Source: Ranitomeya imitator (Eukaryota). Taken from it: a stretch of 64,000 nt of DNA. Below the pieces are notes generated by a model. The model was not told where the DNA came from, did no database searches, and saw only the letters and a list, made by a program, of their open reading frames with translations. How positions within the stretch are numbered: the first letter of the stretch is position 1; every line of letters starts with the position of its first letter. Shown piece after piece: positions 1 through 12,539 of this stretch. The DNA is taken from NCBI RefSeq assembly GCF_032444005.1, contig NC_091291.1, forward strand, positions 134,726,001 through 134,790,000, read 5' to 3'. The translations under genes were made by a program, and so were the position numbers.

Positions 1-1049
1 AAGGGGGTGCCGCACTGTGGAGAGCTTTGTGGGTGAGAACAAGTACTTTGAATTGTATCCCGTAATGAATGGGCAGCCAGTGTAATGACTGGCGAAGAGC
101 AGACACATCCGAGTAACGATTAGCCAGATGGACAACCCTGGCTGCTGCATTAAGGATGGACTGGAGAGGGGAAAGTCGCGTGAGGGGGAGGCCAATTAAT
201 AGAGCGTTACAGTAGTCCAGACGGGAGTGGATCAGGGCGACTGAGAGTTTTTGTTGTTTCCATGGTGAGAAAAGGGCGGATTCTAGAGATGTTCTTTAGG
301 TGTAAGCGGCACGAGCTGGCAAGAGATTGTATATGGGATGTGAAGGAGAGATCGGAGTCAAACATAACACCCAGACAGCGCGCCTGCTGCCGGGGTGTTA
401 TTATGGTGCCACCCACAGAGAGGGAAATTTCAGATTTAGGGAGGTTAGTAGATGGCGGGAGCAGAAGAAGTTCAGTTTTGGAGAGGTTGAGTTTCAGACA
501 GAGAGTGGACATGATGTCGGAGACTGCAGACAGACAGTCAGTGGTGTTCTGTAGTACAGCGGGGGTAAGGTCAGGGGATGACGTGTATAGTTGTGTGTCA
601 TCGGCATAAAGATGGTACTGAAAGCCAAATCTGCTGATGGTCTGTCCAATTGGGGCTGTGTAGAGGGAGAAGAGAAGGGGGCCAAGGACTGAGCCCTGAG
701 GTACCCCGACAGTGAGAGGAAGAGGAGAGGAAGTGGAGCCAGAGAACAGAACACTGAAGGAGCGGTCAGAAAGGTAGGAGGAGAACCAGGAGAGAGCAGT
801 GTCCTTAATGCCTAGTGACTGGAGCCTAGAGAGTAGGAGAGGGTGGTCAACATTGTCGAAAGCTGCAGAAAGATCGAGAACAATGAGCAGATAGTGGTCA
901 CCATTACGTTTTGCTGTCAGAAGGTCATTGGTCACTTTGATGAGTGCAGTTTCTGTCGAATGTAGGGGGCGGAACCCGGACTGTGAAGGGTCTAGGAGGG
1001 AATGAGTGGAGAGGTAACGGGTAAGGTGGAAGTAGACTAGGCGCTCCAA
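1..1049 (-). mobile_element. L2-clade LINE fragment (reverse transcriptase), runs off the left edge
   Basis: ORF 207..1049 contains RT motifs [35 protein letters not shown] and YADDTQLY, typical of L2 RT. Confidence 0.9.
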
Positions 1050-1659
1050 GAGTTTTGAGATGAAGGGGATATATGAGGTAATTGTGTCACTACTGTATAC
1101 GCGGTAGGTCGTATTATATGAGATTTTTGTGTCACCATATGTAGCTGTGTCACTATATGCAGTAGTGTTCTCATATATGAGGTAGTTGAACTACTGCATA
1201 TATATCTTCCTTCATTAGGGAATACTGTCAGCAACAAAGGTAACTTTGTCTATGTATCATATGGTCACATATGTTCAATACATCTAACTTCTGTGGATTA
1301 TTGCTGAGACCTTTGACGGTCTCCAATAATTGAGGTCTTTAGGAAAAAGGTTTTTAGTGAGTTGATTTTACTTACATTTCATTTCTGTTTTTGCATATTT
1401 TCTGCTATTTCCACTTAGGTGTATTATATATACCCTACAGAACAGTAATTTTAGAGTTCCAGATTTCTGGTGAGATAAGCAACCTGGTGCCACTATTTCA
1501 ACCAGGTGTCTAGGAGGCACACTTTATTAACCATTTTGTGTCTCCGGTGACACTAATAGTTATTCCTCACATTGGGGTCTAAGAGCAAAATTATCTGTAT
1601 GTTTGCCCTTGAACCTTTTTCTGAGTGAGGACAGATTATATATATTTAGTTTAGGGCTT

Positions 1660-2423
1660 TCATATGTCTTGCACTGAAGAGTGGGTTTCATCGGGCTACT
1701 CTGCCATGAAGGCCCGACTGGTGGAGGCTGCAGTGATAGTTGGCTTTGTGGAGCTTTCTACCATCTCCCTACTGCATCTCTGGAGCTCAGCCACAGTGAT
1801 CTTGGGGTTCATCTTTACCTCTCTCACCAAGGCTCTTCTCCCACGATTGCTCAGTTTGTCTGGACGGCCAGGTCTAGGAAGACTTCTGGTGGTCCCAAAC
1901 TTCTTCCATTTAAGGATTATGGAGGCCACTGTGCTCTTAGGAACCTTGAGTACTGCAGACATTCTGTTGTAACCTTGGCCAGATCTTTGCCTTGGCCACA
2001 ATTCTGTCTCTGAGCTCCTTGGCCAGTTCCTTTGACCTCATGATTCTCCTTTGGTCTGACATGCACTGTGAGCTGTGAGGTCTTATATAGACAGGTGTGC
2101 GCCTTTCCAAATCAAGTCCTATCAGTTTAGTTAAACACAGCTGGACTCCAATGAAGGAGAAGAACCATCTCAAGGAGGATCACAAGGAAATGGACAGCAT
2201 GTGTCTGAGCAAAGAGTCTGAATATGACCATGAGACATTTCAGTTTTTCTTTTTTATTAAATTTGCAAAAAATTCTACATTTCTGTTTTTTTTTTCAGTC
2301 AAGATGGGGTGCAGAGTGTAGATTAATGAGAACAAAATGAACTTTTTTTAATTTACCAAATGGCTGCAATGAAACAAAGAGTGAAAAATATTAAAGGGGT
2401 CTGAATACTTGACGTACTCACTG
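1660..2423 (-). mobile_element. Degenerate Tc1 transposon, 5' portion
   Basis: ORF 1696..2001 has the paired-like DNA-binding region (KSTVASIILKWKKFGTTRSLPRPGRP). TIR end ggggtctgaatacttgacgtactcactg is followed by TA at 2424-2425. Confidence 0.85.
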
Positions 2424-4329
2424 TATATCAGTCAACTAGATATGAAGAATTAAGAGAACAGTATCACACGTGGGGCAATGAAGAAGTGGAGGGGAATAAT
2501 CACAATGTGACTCTTTTATTAGTCTTGCTTCTGCTTTATTAATTATCTGGCACATAGTAAGTCGTCCTATCAAATATTCATATTACAAGCAATGCACAAA
2601 CACCATGACATCCACATCTAGATCAATAGTAGATGAAATTAGAATCACATTGCACTCAGAGGATTTTTGGGGACTTGGAAATCTGCGATTACGACTGACG
2701 GAGATTTGCCCCTTTATTTTTAGAATTGGTTGAGAACATCCACAAAGGATTTTCCGCACTTCCGAACATCCACACTGAAATGTTCTATGGAAAGACTGCG
2801 GACTTATCTCAGATCTCATCTTCAGCATGGCATAAAATATCCAAATTATGGCATTGCATTTCATGATTGTCAACAGAGCCTTGCTGCAATCCGGGGTTAT
2901 CATCACAAGAAAATGCAAACCTGTTCAATTTCCAGTTTCAGCTCACTTACGACTTCAACGTAAACTTGCGTAAAATCACTGCTCTTAAATAGTCCCGCAA
3001 CCGCATCCTGCGCAGTGTGTAGTCCTAGCCTTATGCTTAAAGGGGATGCCCACCTTTGGGGTCAGTTTTGTTCTTTTTACATAAATTCATGAATTTGGGG
3101 CTAAAAAATCATTTTTGGAATTTTTGTAAAGCCTCTTGCCTTTTATAGACTACATGGTGCACTGTCTATTGCTGAGCGCAGACTGAGTTTACTGAGAATC
3201 CATCAGGGAGCTTGTTCTGATTGTGAGTTTATAACACGTATCCGTTTTTTTTCTTAGCTCCTCTCTGCTGATTTATGACCACAGACTGTGCAGGGAAACA
3301 AAGAGCCTGTAAAAGCCAAACGGTGCAACATTTTTAAGGAAACCCAATCGCAAAAATGATTTTTAAGCCACAAATATATGCATTAAAAAATAAATTAAAA
3401 AAATATCACTGACTTAAACGCCACTTAGCAGGCAAGGAAATACAGATGTCAGACATGTAAATGAGTCACCTGTTGGGATTGATAGTCAAGGTAACCATGC
3501 CTCACAGCTCTGAGCGTTCACCCCGCCTGCAAACATCTCAGATTCCACCACGCTGCATCCATAGAAAAGAGTTTACTAACAAAGTCATGCCATTGTTGAT
3601 CCACCGTGCCCCTTAATGAGTGACTCTTCCAACTGTCTTACCTGCAGCGGATTGTCTTAGGGAACCTGCTCAGCAAGACGCTCCAAGAGATGGATGTGCG
3701 ACCCACGAGGAGGAAAAGTTGATCATCGCCTCCAAACACAAGCCACAAAAAATGAATAAATGTTTATTTCATGTATGCCTGGTTCTGCTGCCTGCGCCGA
3801 ACACATGAATATCACAACTTTTTTTTTTTAAGTTGTAAAAACTTTTTGGCAATCCCGGTCTTGATTGGGTCCTGCGGTCACCATAGTCACCGGCCGGCGT
3901 GACACTTTTTTCTTTCTTGTACAAGCTCAGGCATGTCCGCAGTGCAAATATAATCAGCGTAAGAATGTTTGCTCAGATTCTGATGTCCAAATAAAAATGT
4001 ATTAAAGGTGATCGGACATATATCGTCATATGCTTTTTTATGTTGCGGATGATTTTACCATTACGTGCTATATATTAGAAGATCAGTTGCTTATTTACCT
4101 GAATATTGTAGCAATATGTCAAGACAAGACTGTTCAACAAGACAGACATAGATCAAATTTAGGGCTGTATTTTTGGTCCAAGTGTGATCCTACAAAAGAT
4201 CGGATCGCACGCAGACCAATGTTATGCTATGGGGCCGTGCATGGGGCTATCTTCAGATAGCACTCGACCATATAAATCAATGGTTTTGTAGAAAACGCCA
4301 GAATACACTTAAATGACATCTGAGTGGTT

Positions 4330-6968
4330 CTGCAGGGGTGACCACAGACCATTTCTCTTTTATCATCCTTTTTAGCTGTTGTTTTGGTCACTTTTGCAAT
4401 TTGTTATTTCCCTCACCCCTAGAGGTACAGTAGCATGAGGTGGTGTCTGCAACCCACAGATGGTGCTCAGGTAGGCAGCTCATCCAGGATGGTACATCAA
4501 TGTGAGCTGTGACAAGAAGGGTAGCTGTGTTTGTCAGCACAGTGTCCAGAGCATGGAGCAGATACCAGGAGACAGGCCAGTACACCAGGAGTTGTGGAGG
4601 GGGCCGAAGGAGGGCAACAACCCAGCAGCAGGACCGTTCCCGCCTTTGTGCAAGGAGGAACAGGATGAGCAATGCCAGAGCCCTGCAAAATGACCTCCAG
4701 CAGGCTACTAACATTCATTTGTCTGCTCATACTGTCAGAAACAGTCTCCAAGAGGGTGGTATTAGGGCTCAATGTCTACAAGTGGGTGTTGAGCTTACAG
4801 CCCATGACCATGCAGAGCGACTGACATTTGCCTGAGGCCGTCAAGAATGGCAGATTCAACATGGGTGCCCTGTGCTCTTCACGGATGAAAGCAGATTCAC
4901 TCTGAGCACATGTGACAGACGTGACAGAGTATGGAGACACTCTGGAGAATGTTCTTCTGCCTGCAACATCCTCCAGCATGACCAGTTTGGCAGTGGGCCA
5001 GTAATTGAGTGGGGAGGCAATTCTTTGGAGGGTCGCACAGCCCTCCATGTGCTCGCCAGAGGTAGCCTGACTGCCATTAGGTACCGAGATGAGATCCTCA
5101 GACCCATTGTGAGACCATATGCAGGTGTAATGGGCACTGGGTTCTTTCTGATGCATGACAGTGCTAAGCCTCATGTGGCTGGAGTGTGTCAGCAGTTCCT
5201 GCATGATGAAGGCATTGACGCCATGGACTGGCCCGCTCGTTCCCCAGACCTGAATCCAATCTATCACATCTGGGATATCATGTCTCGCTTCATCCACCAC
5301 ACCACAGACTGTTCAGGAGTTGACTTGTGCTTTAACCCCTTACCGGCATCGGACGTACTATACCGTCCGATGCCGGCTCCCCTGCTTTGATGCAGGGCTC
5401 CGCGGTGAGCCCGCACCAAAGCCGGGACATGTCAGCTGTTTTGAACAGCTGACATGTGCCCGTAATAGGTGCGGGCAGAATCGCGATCTGCCCGCACCTA
5501 TTAACTAGTTAAATGCCGCTGTCAAACGCAGACAGCGGCATTTAACTACCGCTTCCGGCCGGGCGGCCGGAAATGACGTCATCGCCGACCCCCGTCACAT
5601 GATCGGGGGTCGGCGATGCGTCTGGATGGTAACCATAGAGGTCCTAGAGACCTCTATGGTTACTGATCGCCCGTCGCTGTGAGCGCCACCCTGTGGTCGG
5701 CGCTCACAGCACACGTGCAATTCTGCTACATAGCAGCGATCAGCAGATCGCTGCTATGTAGCAGAGGCGATCGTGCTGTGCCTGCTTCTAGCCTCCCATG
5801 GAGGCTATTGAAGCATGGCAAAAGTTAAAAAAAAAAGTTTAAAAAAATGTGAAAAAAATAAAAAAAACATAAAAGTTTAAATCACCCCCCTTTCGCCCCA
5901 ATCAAAATAAATCAATAAAAAAAATATCAAATCTATGCATATTTGGTATCGCCGCGCTCAGAATCGCCCGATCTATCAATTAAAAAAAAGTATTAACCTG
6001 ATCGCTAAACAGCGTAGCGGGAAAAAAATTCGAAACGCCAGAATTACGTTTTTTTGGTCGCCGCGACATTGCATTAAAATGCAATAACGGGCGATCAAAA
6101 GAACGTATCTGCACCGAAATGCTATCATTAAAAACGTCATCTCGGCACGCAAAAAATAAGCCCTCAACCGACCCCAGATCATGAAAAATGGAGACGCTAC
6201 GAGTATCGGAAAATGGCGCAATTTTTTTTTTTTTTTTTTTTAGCAAAGTTTGGAATTTTTTTTCACCACTTAGATAAAAAATAATCTAGTCATGTTAGGT
6301 GTCTATGAACTCGTAATGACCTGGAGAATCATAATGGCAGGTCATTTTTAGCATTTAGTGAACCTAGCAAAAAAGCCAAACAAAAAACAAGTGTGTGATT
6401 GCACTTTTTTTGCAATTTCACCGCACTTGGAATTTTTTTCCCGTTTTCTAGTACACGACATGCTAAAACCAATGATGTCGTTCAAAAGTACAACTCGTCC
6501 CGCAAAAAATAAGCCCTCACATGGCCAAATTGACAGAAAAATAAAAAAGTTATGGCTCTGGGAAGGAGGGGAGCGAAAAATGAACACGGAAAAACGAAAA
6601 ATCCCCCGGTCATGAAGGGGTTAATCAAGGTTTGTGGAGATCCCTTAGGAAAACATTCACCGCCTCATCAGGAGGTCATATAGGCACATGGAGGCCACAA
6701 ACACTACTGAGCATCATTTCCTTGTCATTAGGCATTTCCACTGAAATTGGATCAGTCTGTAATTTGATTTTCCACTTTGATTTTGAGTATCGTTCCAAAT
6801 CCAGACCTCCGTGGGATATTAGTTTTGATTTACATTGATCATTTTTATGTTTTAGTGTTGTCAACACATTCCACTATGTCATGAATAAATATTTACAACT
6901 GGAATATTTCATTCAGTGATATCTCGGATGCGGGATTTTAGTGTTCCCTTTTGTTTTTTTGAGCAGTG
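4330..6968 (+). mobile_element. Degenerate Tc1 transposon interrupted by a TTAA element at 5332-6624
   Basis: Frameshifted ORFs 4509..4835 and 4872..5390 with LFTDESRF, HDSAKPH and WPARSPDLNPI. Sequence resumes after 6624 and ends gagcagtg|TA at 6968. Left end approximate. Confidence 0.85.
5336..6620. mobile_element. Non-autonomous piggyBac-like element with TTAA target duplication
   Basis: TTAA|CCCCTT...AAGGGG|TTAA (TTAA at 5332-5335 and 6621-6624). No transposase. Internal hairpin array. Confidence 0.8.
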
Positions 6969-8259
6969 TATATATTGCACATCAGCAGTATCAGTAGGAT
7001 AGCTTCACATCTCTGGAGCTTCACATCTTGGTACTATGGATTCCCTCCATTGACATAACATGTGTAAAGATAATGGCTATACCTTGTTTAGTATATGTTT
7101 TTCACATGCTTATTATAAATTTTTTCACATATCTTATGTTTGTATGTTCAGATGCCCTTGAAAAGCGCCATATAGCCGAAACGTTGTAATACGTACCTGT
7201 TCATCATCTGTTGGTTTAATAAGTTACTTTTTTTGGATTCACCTTATCCTACGTATCCTCATTCAGTGACGAAGGTTCTTCTTTTTACAATGGAAGGACC
7301 ACAAACCGAATATCACAGATACGTCACAATGAAAGCTGGACTGAAGTAGTAAAAGTCAGAACAAATGAGCCGCATTATTCACGTGTGGTTCCTGTTTATT
7401 AATAGACGGGATGACGGCACAGTTTGTGCCACGTGTTTCAGGAAGCAGTATTTCTGTGTCTTGGTTTCTTTGTAGAGTCCAGTCATCCATTGTGTCACAT
7501 GAGAATATCTTAATACTTTGGGCTTGTCTGGGCCTGTAAGAGAATGCCACTCACGGAGAGTATTGTACCATGCATGCCATGCTTCACTTGCTCGCATTTG
7601 CCTTCTATACAGACACTATTCACATCTCCTAACAGTTACCTTTAGTAAAATTTGGAATAGAAGATAGAAGTATCCAGAATAAAGACAACATCAGTAGATA
7701 ATACATACTACCACCTAATTGGACAGCCTTTTTAGAGATACACCCCATTGACAAGTGGAATGGAAACAACCAGTTGACATTTTATTTGTGCATTTCCAGG
7801 AATAATATCAGAGACATGGCACAACACGGAAGAAAAGGGTTCACAGCGCTGTTATTTTTATGGGGAATTTATGCATCTACTGAATCAGACCTGCACTCTA
7901 TGGAGAACAGTATTGAGATCCACGTCTTAATCATTGAATTCTCATTCCCCCGCGTCTATAATATCTGTCCCCATTGCCCCTCCCCAGGTGTATAAGGGCT
8001 CACTGTTACCAACATGGTCCTGTAATAGGATCCCCCTGGTGTAACAAGTCCATTAATGACATTTCGTCCTCCTGAATCTTCCTCCATCTCCTGTTAGTGA
8101 TATTATTGAAAAGTGGGAGGAACTGCAGCAACTCAGCCACGAAGTGGAGACCCCATAATGTTACAGAGTGGGGGCAGAGTACTGAGGATCAGAGGTTAGA
8201 ATAGTCACCACCGCTCTGCTGACCCCATAACTGCGGAGTCCAGACCTCCTCTGTTATTA

Positions 8260-11000
8260 ACATCAGCACAAAGACTGCGTCCCCGCCGGGAGCTTCATGC
8301 CCGAGCCGTACATCACCAAGCACAATGCCGAGCATCGGATGGAGTGGTGTAAAGCTGCCACCACTGGACTCTGAAGGAGACGTGTTCTGTGCAGTGAGGG
8401 ATCGCACTTCTCTATCTGCGTCTGATGGAAGAGTCTGAGTTTGGTGATTCCAGGAGAACGTTTCCCTCTGACTGCATTATGCCCCCTGTACAGATTATTA
8501 TTGTTATTTATTTATTTTTATAGCACCATTGATTCCATGGTGCTGTACATGAGAAGGGGTTACATACAAATTACAAATATCACTTACAGTAAGCAAACTA
8601 ACAATTACAGACTGATACAGAGGGGAGAGGACCCTGCCCTTGTGGGCTTACATTCTACAGGATTATGGGGAAGGAGACAATAGGTTGAGGTTTCCAGGAG
8701 CTCCAGTGTTGTTGAGGAGGTAGCTTCAGTAGTGGTGAGGAGGCAGCGGGGTCAGTGCAGGCTGTAGGCTTTCCTGAAGAGATGAGTTTTCAGGTTCCGT
8801 GTGAAGGATCCGAATGTGGTTGATAGTCGACGTGTTGGGGCAAAGAATTCCAGAGGATGGGGGATATTCGGGAGAAGTCTTGGAGGCGGTTGTGTGAGGA
8901 GCGAATAAGTGTGGAGGAGAGAAGGAGGTCTTGGGAGAGCCGGAGATTACGTGAGGGGAGATATCGGGAGATTAGTTCAGAGATATATGGAGGAGACAGG
9001 TTATGGATAGCTTTGTAGGTCAGTATTAGTAATTTGAACTGGATACGCTGAGGGAATGGGAGCCTGTGCAGAGATTTGCAGAGGGGGGAAGTGGAGGAGT
9101 AGCGAGAAGATAGATGAATTAGTCGGGCATCAGAGTTAAGGATGGACTGGAGAGGTGCAAGGGTGTTGGCAGGGAGGTCACAGAAAAGGATGTTGCAGTA
9201 GTCAATACGGGAGATGTGAGGGCATGCACAAGCATTTTAGTAGATTGACGGTTGAGGAAAGGACGGATTCTGGAGATATTTTTGAGCTGGAGGCGACAGG
9301 AGGTGGAAAGAGCTTGGATGTGCGGTTTGAGGGACAGGGCAGAGTCAAGGGTTACTCCGAGCCAGCGGACTTCCGGTACGGGGGAAGGCGTGATGTCGTT
9401 AATTGCAATAGATAGGTCAGGTAAGGAAGATCTATGGGATGGAGGAAAGATGATGAGTTCAGATTTGTCCACATTGAGTTTGAGGAATCGAGAGGAGAAG
9501 AAGGAGGATATGGCTGAGAGACACTCCGGGATTCTGGACAGCAGAGAGGTGACGTCTGGGCCAGAAAGGTAGATCTGAGTGTCATCAGCATAGAGGTGGT
9601 ACTGGAATCCATGAGACTTTATGAGTTGTCCCAAGCCAAGTGTATAGATTGAGAAGGGGTCCTAGAACAGAGCCTTTGGGGACTCCAACAGAGAGAGGGT
9701 GGGATGAGGAGGTAGTATGGGAGTGGGAGACGCTGAATGTGCAGTTGGAAAGGTATGAGGAGATCCAGGATAGGGCGAGGTCTTTGATGCCAAAGGAGGA
9801 GAGGATCTGTAGTAGGAGGCAGTGGTCAACTGTGTCGAAAGCAGAGAACAGGTCTAGAAGGAGGAGTACAGAGTATTGTCTGTTAGCTTTGGCTGTAATT
9901 AGGTCATTAGTAATTTTGGTCACGGCTGTCTCATTTGAGTGATGGGGGCTGAAACCAGATTGTAGATTGTCAAAGAGCAAGTTAGATGAGAGGTGGGAGG
10001 AAAGTTCAGCGTGGACGTGCTGCTCCAGGAGTTCGGAAGCGAATGGGAGCAGTGATATTGGGCGATAGCTGGACATAGCAGTTGGATCGAGGGTTGGCTT
10101 TTTAAGGATAGGTGTGATTGTGGCATGTTTGAAAGCAGAAGGGAAGGTGCCAGAAATTAGTGATAGGTTGAAGAGGTGGGTTAGGGATGGGATGAGAGTG
10201 GTGGTGAGGTTAAGGAGGAGGTGGGATGGGATGGGGTCGAGCGCACAAGGTGGTGAGGTGCGCTTTCGAGAGGAGACAATTAAGTGATGTTGGATAGGGA
10301 GGTTATGGGGTTTGGGCATTGGTCTGGTATACAAAGGGGTTGTGGTGGTTGAACAATGAAGACGTGGCTTGTTTGGTCGATCTTATTTTTAAAGTGTGTG
10401 GCACTCAGTCCTCAGCAGAGATGAGGGAGGTTGGAGCGGGTAGTGGGGGGTGGAGGAGGGAGTTAAAGGTTTTGAATAACTGTTTGGGGTTGTAGGATAG
10501 GGAAGATACGAGGGCTGTGAAGTAGGCCTGTTTAGCAGAGGGGAGAGCAGATTTAAAAGCGAGTGTTGCCTGTTTGAATGCAGTGAAGGCATCTTGTGAA
10601 TGTGTTTTATTCCAATGCCGCTCCGCAACCCTGGACACTTGCCAGAGCCTTTTAGTTGTGTTATTGTGCCAGGGTTGGAGGAGGATAATACTATGGGCTG
10701 TTATCGGGGGGACGGCCTCAGCCCCTTAGTTATAGCGAAGGGAAAGCTTAATGCTTCAGCTTTATGTAGGATTTTGGGGACTGCCTCATGACTGTGCCCA
10801 CTGCACAAGGTCCATACAGACATGGAAGGGGAGAACATGAGCGGCCGCACAGAGACTGGATCTCGGACCCATCCAAGACCTTTGGGATGAACTGGATTGG
10901 AGATTGTGAGCCTGGCCTCTCCCCAACATCAATATCTGACCTTACAAAAGGTCTTCTGGATGAAGGGGAAAAAATTACGATAGGCACCTCCAAAATCTTG
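8260..11000 (+). mobile_element. Highly degenerate Tc1 remnant split by an L2 insertion
   Basis: tgcattatgccccctgta before 8494 and ggaggataatactatgggctgtt after ~10680 join into a decayed CIVPTVKFGGGGIMLWGCF motif. Boundaries approximate. Confidence 0.55.
8494..10680 (-). mobile_element. 5'-truncated L2 LINE with frameshifted RT and intact 3' stem-loop/tail
   Basis: ORFs 9585..10334 and 9119..9634 are RT pieces ([29 protein letters not shown]). 3' stem-loop AGCACCAT-GGAATCA-ATGGTGCT at 8522-8544 followed by a (TAA/TAAA)n tail. Confidence 0.9.
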
Positions 11001-11499
11001 TTGAAATCCTTCCCAGAAGAGTCAGACCTGTTTTATCTGCAGAGGGCCGACTCCATATTAATATCTATAGAATGAAAGCTCCAGTAGGTGGAATGTGGAG
11101 GGGGCACATACTTAGGAGGAACTTTAGGAACTATGAGGCCAATGCTTGGGTGAGTGACTGTGTGTTGCTGGAATGAGTGCTGATAGGAGAGCGAGATGAA
11201 GATATGAATTGCTACTTCTATATTTCTGTACAAGATTATTCAAAATTTGGTTATTTTCACCATCCTTCTCACCCCTTATAAATACCAGAGATCCTCGCAC
11301 AGCCAGCTTTCTACATAGAAATCATGGGGCCCCATAGCAGAAGTTTTAATTCGACCCCCCTAAAAAAAATAGATAAATAATTGTCGGGGTCAAAGGAAAG
11401 CATACCTCACAACTTTCCAGACTTTACATAGTAATTTTCCTCTTGCTGAAGTCCTAGATTACTTTTTCATTTCCCCATAAAGTATGATACCAACAAAAG

Positions 11500-11905
11500 G
11501 GCCCCCCAAACACAGTATGATACCCCATAGTGAATTCTTCCACATTAGCCTCCATATGCACAGTATAATGACCCTACTGTATCCCACCTCAACTCCCAAG
11601 GCAAAGTATGGTGACCCCAACACAGTATGATCCCCCAACTGTGACCCCTACACAGCCCTCCATGCAATATAATGGCCCCCACACCTCACCATACTGTATA
11701 ATGGCCCCCACACAGCCCTCCACACAGTATGATGGACCCCACGCAAATCTTCATACTGTATATTTGCTTGCATACAGTATAATGCCCCCCATATAGCCCT
11801 TCAAATACTATAATGGCCCTACATAGCCTTCCATATAGTATAATGAGCCCCATATAGTCCTCCATATAGTATACGTCGCCCCCATAATCCTCCATGTAGT
11901 ATAAT
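11500..11905. repeat. Degenerate ~30-bp minisatellite (cccccatatagcctccatatagtataatg-like)
   Basis: Repeated tataatg/ccccac/ccatatag units; reverse-complement relative of the 25318-25738 array. Confidence 0.7.
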
Positions 11906-12021
11906 GGGCAGTACGTGGCGCAGTGGTTAGCACAGCAGCCTTGCAGCGCTGGGGTCCTGGGTTCAAACCCCACCAAGGACAACATCTGCAAAGAGTTTGT
12001 ATGTTCTCTCCGTGTTTGCGT

Positions 12022-12052
<31 letters not shown>

Positions 12053-12185
12053 ACATTCTAAAGACATACTGATAGGGAATTTATATTGTGAGCCCCAACG
12101 GGGACAGCGATGATAATGTGTGCAAACTGTAAAGCGCTGCGGAATATGTTAGCGCTATATAAAAATAAAAGATTATTATTATTAT
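11906..12185 (+). mobile_element. tRNA-derived SINE (V-SINE/SINE2-like) with L2-type tail
   Basis: A box TGGCGCAGTGG, B box GGTTCAAACC, central GTGGGTTTCCTCCGGGCACTCCGGTTTCCTCCCAC domain, 3' stem-loop AGCGCT...AGCGCT and (ATT)n tail. Confidence 0.85.
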
Positions 12186-12539
12186 AATGCACTCCTATGG
12201 TTCTCCATAGAATCTAATGCACCCCCATAGTCATCCAGTTGAAGTTTCTGCTGGCATCGGCGGGCACCTGACCCAGCAGGCCCGGTTGCAGCGGTGACTA
12301 CTGCAACCATGATTGTTTTGCCCCTGGTTACGGCAGGTTGCAGGCTTGTCGGAAGAAGTAGGCCTTCAGGTTCTAGAAGGTTTTCATGGTAGATGAGAGT
12401 GTTGTATGTTGAGATAGAGAGTTCCATAGTAGGGGGGATGCACGGGAGAAATCTAGTGTGAGATTATGGGAAAAAGTGATTAGAGGGGTGTAGAGAAGGA
12501 GATCTTGTGAGGATCAGAGGTTGCGTGCAGGTAATGTCA

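Noticed and set aside
2583-2963. ORFs of 111 aa (-) and 77 aa (+) in unique-looking DNA
   Set aside because: No recognisable motif or coherent splice structure.
7356-7597. Minus-strand ORFs following a CTCTTACAG acceptor
   Set aside because: Neither frame resembles a known protein and no upstream exons could be linked.
7816-7995. Signal-peptide-like MAQHGRKGFTALLFLWGIYASTES after an AG acceptor
   Set aside because: No suitable donor, no downstream exons and no recognisable domain.
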